From assembly GCA_040006815.1 (NCBI GenBank), contig JBDTWF010000010.1, positions 1 to 29,894 of the forward strand: DNA of 29,894 nt, in the 5' to 3' direction. This document shows, in pieces, positions 25,642 through 29,894 of the stretch. The DNA is from Candidatus Moraniibacteriota bacterium (GTDB lineage: Bacteria; Patescibacteriota; Minisyncoccia; Moranbacterales; UBA1568). The translations under genes and the position numbers were made by a program. Numbering within the stretch: the first letter of the stretch is position 1; the number at the start of each line of letters is the position of its first letter. Below the pieces are notes generated by a model. That model was not told the origin of the DNA and did not search any database. It saw only the letters and a program-made list of their open reading frames with translations.

Positions 25642-25711
25642 TTCTTTCTCCTAACCCGATACCCTCGGGCGAGTGGGTTGGCAATATGCCGATTACTTTG
25701 AAAGAACTCTT
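25642..25711 (-). repeat. Repeated structured leader, copy A
   Basis: Minus strand AAGAGTTCTTT-CAAAGTAATC-GGCATATTGCC-AACCC...GGG-TTAGGAGAAAGAA-ATG. Confidence 0.75.
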
Positions 25712-25749
25712 TTCAAGTCTTGAAGAAACGCTTCTTAACTCGAAGGCCT

Positions 25750-25778
25750 AGTATAGTATTTATTTAACTTTATGTCAA
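25750..25778 (-). promoter_or_regulatory. Near-consensus promoter for the accessory operon
   Basis: Minus strand TTGACA-17 nt-TATACT. Confidence 0.8.
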
Positions 25779-25790
25779 TAGTATGTGACT
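25773..25790. promoter_or_regulatory. Putative operator 1 (TGTCA-N8-TGACT)
   Basis: Inverted repeat overlapping the -35 of the leftward promoter; same spacing as operator 2. Confidence 0.55.
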
Positions 25791-25844
25791 GTTTTTCAAT
25801 GAAATGCCTTTTTAAAAATGAAATTATGGCGTAACATAAGCAAA

Positions 25845-25870
25845 AATTTGTCATATAAATTTGACAAATT
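25845..25870. promoter_or_regulatory. Putative operator 2 (AATTTGTCA-N8-TGACAAATT)
   Basis: Perfect 9-bp inverted repeat overlapping the -35 of the TrmB-like gene promoter. Confidence 0.7.
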
Positions 25871-25888
25871 AATGAAAAGTAGTATCAT
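25861..25888 (+). promoter_or_regulatory. Promoter for the TrmB-like gene (leaderless candidate)
   Basis: TTGACA-16 nt-TATCAT, ending 6 nt before ATG 25895; no SD. Confidence 0.65.
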
Positions 25889-25894
25889 AGAAAC

Positions 25895-26722
25895 ATGTAT
25901 AATGAGCAACTAGAACAATTTGGTCTCTCAAAGGCGCAGGCGCAGGTCTATATGTATCTCCTGGAACATGGAGGTCAAAAGGCCGGAGAAATTGCACGTG
26001 GGGTAACGATCAAACGCGGATTGGTGTATAAGGCTCTCAAAGAACTTGAGAGCATGACTTTAATTGAGCGACGAGATGAACCGAATAAGCCAGATATCTT
26101 TTTGGCACGCCACCCTGAAATGCTTCGCAATCATATCGAAGAACGACTGCGACGGGCCAAGGAAGCGGAGGTTCTTTTCACAAGCTTCGCGCCAGCGCTT
26201 GGGTCAGCGTTTAATTTGATATCAGGAAAACCAGGAATTCGTGTTCTTGAAGGGTTTGACGGATTCAAGACGCTCTATAAAGATATTATTGCCGAAGGAA
26301 AGTCTATAAAGCTTATCCGCTCATCTTATGATCGGGAAAATCCAGAAATAGCGAAGTTTATTGATAAACAAATCCATGAGCAGATCCGGCATGAGATAAA
26401 TGTTAAGCTCCTGACGCATGAGACACCCAATGCGGCGCAGTTTGCACTTTGGTCTGATGACGATCGTTTGGTAACGCGGCGTATTGTGACGGACCCAAAC
26501 TTTCTTCTTCCGGCGCAGTTCGTTCTTTATGGTAATAAGGTGGGTATTACTGACTTCGAGACCACATTTATTACTACTATCATTGAGAACATCGCCATCA
26601 GGAAATCATTTGATATCATGTTTGATTATATGTGGCGGGCGGCCAAAGCGGGGCATGACAAACTCCTAGCTCAAGCCGAAAAAGATCAGAATGAAAAAAA
26701 AGGCTATAGTAAGGCTAAGTAA
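25895..26722 (+). CDS. TrmB-family transcriptional regulator
   Basis: N-terminal GLSKAQAQVYMYLL...AGEIARGVTIKRGLVYKALKEL winged HTH, a coiled coil, PGIRVLEGFDG, and a C-terminal effector domain (LYGNKV, FDYMW). Confidence 0.85.
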   Translation: MYNEQLEQFGLSKAQAQVYMYLLEHGGQKAGEIARGVTIKRGLVYKALKELESMTLIERRDEPNKPDIFLARHPEMLRNHIEERLRRAKEAEVLFTSFAPALGSAFNLISGKPGIRVLEGFDGFKTLYKDIIAEGKSIKLIRSSYDRENPEIAKFIDKQIHEQIRHEINVKLLTHETPNAAQFALWSDDDRLVTRRIVTDPNFLLPAQFVLYGNKVGITDFETTFITTIIENIAIRKSFDIMFDYMWRAAKAGHDKLLAQAEKDQNEKKGYSKAK

Positions 26723-26723
26723 T

Positions 26724-29351
26724 ATGGAAAAGAAACCAAAAACCATTGTTCTCATCGATGGAAACGCGCTCATCCATCGGGCGTATCATGCCCTGCCGCC
26801 CCTTACGACCAAGACGGGGGAGACGGTCCAGGCAGTGTACGGCTTTGTTTCGACCCTCCTTTCCGTTCTCGATAAATTCAAGCCCGACTACATTGCCGCT
26901 TCCTTTGATCTCGAGGGCCCGACTTTCCGGGATGAACTTTATGATGAATACAAAGCCCAGCGTGAAAAGGCACCGGACGATCTCTATGCCCAGATCCCTC
27001 GCGTGAAAGAAGTGGTGCAGGCGTTCAACATTCCTATTTATGAGCTACCAAAGTTCGAAGCCGATGATGCGGTCGGGACACTAGCCCGCCAGGCGGAGAA
27101 AGCCGGAGTGAATGTCATCATCGTGACGGGCGATACGGATACGCTTCAACTTGTGACCGAGCATGTAAAGGTCTTCACTCTTCGGAAGGGACTGAAAGAC
27201 ATGGTGCTTCTTGGCATTTCGGAAGTGAAAGCCAAATACGGCTTCGGTCCGGAACGCCTGACTGATTACAAAGGGCTCCGCGGTGATGCTTCAGACAATA
27301 TCCCGGGAGTGAAGGGTGTCGGAGAAAAGACGGCGACCGACCTCATCCAAGAATTTGGTTCGCTCGAAAACATCTACGCTTCCTTGCCGAAGATCAAGGA
27401 GAAAGTGCGCGAGAAGCTTGAGGCCGACAAGGAAATGGCCATACTCTCCAAGAAACTCGGCACTATCGATACGGCCGTACCGCTCAAACTCGATTTGGCC
27501 GCTTGTGTCACTCACGATTTTAATCCGGAAAAGATCGGAGCGCTTCTCCGGGAACTGGAATTCTTCAGTCTCCTGAAGCGTTTGCCGGGAGCCAAAGTGG
27601 ATGATAACGAACAAGGAGAAAAGAGCACGAAGAAAACTTCGAAAAAGAAAGAAACATTTCTCAAGACAAAGAAAGAAGCCGAAGAGTTTTTCCGAACTCT
27701 CAAAAAAGAAACGGCCTTGGTGGTGCTGGAAAAGCAAGCCTCGCTTTTTGGGGGAGGTATCGAGGTGCTCGGACTCGCCACGAGGGAAGGAGCGTGGATC
27801 GTGGAGTGGAATGAAGCAACTACGCCGCCCATGAAGAAGTTTCTCGAGGACGGAGACAAGAAAAAAATCGTTCATGATGCCAAGAAACTCTGGCACACGC
27901 TCGCGCCTCTCGATATTCATGCGGTAGGGGTTACGAGCGACACGATGCTCTTGGCCTATGTTCTCAATCCAGGAGGGAAAGTTGATTTCGAAACGCTCCT
28001 CCTTGAAAAGCTCGGGAAGGACAGTGCTTCTCTCGGTCTTTCGGAACAGGCAGGCGCACTCGTCGCTCTTTCTGATGAGCTCATGGCGGGAATTGAGAAG
28101 ATTGCCGCCGAGCAAGAAGAGGGGAAAACGATACGGACGGTTCTCGGAAACATCGAAATGCCCCTCACCCCTCTTCTCTATGACATGGAGGTGGTAGGCG
28201 TGCGACTGAACAAGAACATCTTCAAAGAGCTGAGCCGCGAACTCAATCATTCCATCCAGGAGCTTGAGAAGAAGATTGCGACGCTTGCCGGGCGAGACTT
28301 CAATCTGAATTCTCCCAAACAACTGGCCGAAGTACTTTTTGGCGACCTCAAGATTCCGACGGAGGGCATCAAGAAGAATAAGACTGGATACTCAACGGCT
28401 TCAACGGAACTCGTAAAGCTCCGGGCTGATTACCCAATTATTGAGTTCATCGAGAGTTATCGTGAACTGTTCAAACTCAAGACCACCTACATTGATGTCC
28501 TGCCGACGCTCGTCAAGGAGGACGGGCGTCTCCACACCACTTTTGGCCAGGCCGTGGCCGCGACGGGGCGACTCTCTTCCTCGGATCCGAATCTTCAGAA
28601 CATCCCCATCAAGACCGAATGGGGCGAGCGGCTTCGGGTGGCCTTTGAGGCGGCACCTGGATACAAGCTCGTCGGAGCGGACTACTCGCAGATCGAACTT
28701 CGGATCGCGGCTCATCTCTCGGGCGACAAGAACATGCTCGAGGCCTTCCGGAAGGGCGAGGACATCCATCAGGCGACGGCGGCTCTCGTCCATGGGGTGA
28801 AACCCGAGGAAGTGACCCCGGCCATGCGGCGCGAGGCCAAGGTTTTGAACTTCGGCATCATTTACGGCATGGGCGCGTTTGGCCTTTCGCAGGCGGCGCG
28901 CATCGATCAGAAAGCAGCCAGCGAATTCATCAAGAATTATCTGAAGAAATTCTCGGGCGTGGCTCGGTACATGGAAGACATGAAAAAATTCGCGCATGAG
29001 AAAGGCTATGTCGAGACGGAGCTTGGCCGACGCCGGTATCTTCCTGAGATAGGAAGTTCCAATACTGGCCTCGTCCGGGGGGCTGAGCGCATGGCCATCA
29101 ATATGCCGGTGCAGGGACTCGCCGCGGACATCATGAAACTTGCCATGCTCGCCTCGCGCCCGCTTCTTGTCCGTTATACTGATTCGGCCAAGCTTCTCCT
29201 GCAGATTCACGATGAGATCATTTTTGAAGTAAAAGAAGAGAAAGCTGAAGCCTTTGCCAGAGAACTCAAGCAAGTGATGGAAGGCGTGTATCCATTGAAA
29301 GTTCCGCTCCTTGTCTCAACTGACATTGGCGATAATTGGGGAGAAATATAA
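26724..29351 (+). CDS. polA: DNA polymerase I
   Basis: 5'-3' exonuclease (LIDGNALIHRAYHA, FEADD, GDASDNIPGVKGVGEK); polymerase motifs A (ADYSQIELR), B (AKVLNFGIIYG) and C (QIHDE). The 3'-5' exonuclease region lacks a clear DxE. ATG 26724 lies just after the TrmB stop. Confidence 0.97.
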   Translation: MEKKPKTIVLIDGNALIHRAYHALPPLTTKTGETVQAVYGFVSTLLSVLDKFKPDYIAASFDLEGPTFRDELYDEYKAQREKAPDDLYAQIPRVKEVVQAFNIPIYELPKFEADDAVGTLARQAEKAGVNVIIVTGDTDTLQLVTEHVKVFTLRKGLKDMVLLGISEVKAKYGFGPERLTDYKGLRGDASDNIPGVKGVGEKTATDLIQEFGSLENIYASLPKIKEKVREKLEADKEMAILSKKLGTIDTAVPLKLDLAACVTHDFNPEKIGALLRELEFFSLLKRLPGAKVDDNEQGEKSTKKTSKKKETFLKTKKEAEEFFRTLKKETALVVLEKQASLFGGGIEVLGLATREGAWIVEWNEATTPPMKKFLEDGDKKKIVHDAKKLWHTLAPLDIHAVGVTSDTMLLAYVLNPGGKVDFETLLLEKLGKDSASLGLSEQAGALVALSDELMAGIEKIAAEQEEGKTIRTVLGNIEMPLTPLLYDMEVVGVRLNKNIFKELSRELNHSIQELEKKIATLAGRDFNLNSPKQLAEVLFGDLKIPTEGIKKNKTGYSTASTELVKLRADYPIIEFIESYRELFKLKTTYIDVLPTLVKEDGRLHTTFGQAVAATGRLSSSDPNLQNIPIKTEWGERLRVAFEAAPGYKLVGADYSQIELRIAAHLSGDKNMLEAFRKGEDIHQATAALVHGVKPEEVTPAMRREAKVLNFGIIYGMGAFGLSQAARIDQKAASEFIKNYLKKFSGVARYMEDMKKFAHEKGYVETELGRRRYLPEIGSSNTGLVRGAERMAINMPVQGLAADIMKLAMLASRPLLVRYTDSAKLLLQIHDEIIFEVKEEKAEAFARELKQVMEGVYPLKVPLLVSTDIGDNWGEI

Positions 29352-29360
29352 TTTATCCAT

Positions 29361-29894
29361 ATGGGATTTGAACATCCAGAACATCGAATCGAGACGCATC
29401 CTGTGATTCCTGAGGCCGCCAAGAAGGCGCAAGCGCTCCTTGAAAAAGAAGCTATCAAGCCGGAGCTCTTCACCGATCTTTATGGGAGCGACAATGTGGC
29501 CCGAGATATTGAGTTGGTAAGAAAAAGACGGGAAAAGTTCTTGGGCACCGGTGGCGAAATGAAAAAATATGCTGATGTCTTGGAGGCGCTCATCTATGAG
29601 CAAATCGGACAAAACGATTGGCTTGGGCCGAACGCGGAGGCCATCAAGACTTCGCAGTATGACGACTATGAAAACGAGACGGACATTGTCGTCGAGTTCG
29701 AAGACCAACAAACGGCTCAGTATAATCGCCTTGGATTGGCGGTGGATGTGACCTTTGGGACGGTTGAAATGCATACGAAGTTCGAAGCTATCAAAAAAGA
29801 TATTGAACGGGGAAGCCTGAAGAAGATCAAATATTTTCTCTCTGAGACAAGTCACATACGCGGAGAGCTGAGCAATGTTCCGCGCGTCATTGTG
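29361..29894 (+). CDS. Hypothetical protein, runs off the window edge (possible PD-(D/E)XK-like fold)
   Basis: Not in the ORF track because no stop lies inside the window. Hand translation: MGFEHPEHRIETHP...KTSQYDDYENETDIVVEF...LAVDVTFG...KKIKYF...VPRVIV; open for 178 codons. Confidence 0.75.
   Translation, partial: MGFEHPEHRIETHPVIPEAAKKAQALLEKEAIKPELFTDLYGSDNVARDIELVRKRREKFLGTGGEMKKYADVLEALIYEQIGQNDWLGPNAEAIKTSQYDDYENETDIVVEFEDQQTAQYNRLGLAVDVTFGTVEMHTKFEAIKKDIERGSLKKIKYFLSETSHIRGELSNVPRVIV

Noticed and set aside
24323-25711. Integron cassette array, CRISPR array or prophage as an explanation of the repeats
   Set aside because: No attC-like RYYYAAC/GTTRRRY-bounded hairpins, no integrase, no regular repeat-spacer period, and no att duplication or phage structural genes.
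27291-29273. 343-aa and 290-aa minus-strand ORFs
   Set aside because: Antisense to polA with no independent evidence.
29316-29855. 179-aa minus-strand ORF at the right edge
   Set aside because: The plus-strand frame from 29361 is fully open, more protein-like and co-oriented with polA.

Overview
Replication-origin region of a small-genome bacterium, most likely Patescibacteria/CPR (Parcubacteria-like). This is inferred from gene content, sparse Shine-Dalgarno sites and CPR-type TrmB and DHH-like proteins. TGA is read as stop (code 11). Left to right: a surface-polysaccharide cluster (O-antigen ligase-like, two GT2, flippase); jag-yidC-rnpA-rpmH; dnaA, oriC, dnaN and a DciA-like gene; PBP1A; a four-gene cluster with three ATP-grasp ligases (one fused to a retropepsin-like protease) and a 7TM protein; ruvC-yebC-PH-domain-ruvB; an unannotated ~173-nt structured RNA resembling 6S; a tandem double PilB/GspE ATPase; a catalytically degenerate DHH-like protein; tsaE; a small accessory operon; a TrmB-like regulator; polA; and a truncated hypothetical gene. 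The least explained part is 24280-26722. There, three small orphan genes are interleaved with two families of repeated structured non-coding elements, and they are transcribed divergently from the TrmB-like gene with a shared TGTCA-N8-TGAC operator over both promoters. No CRISPR array, tRNA, rRNA or transposase was seen. All family assignments come from reading motifs by eye; no database search was run.
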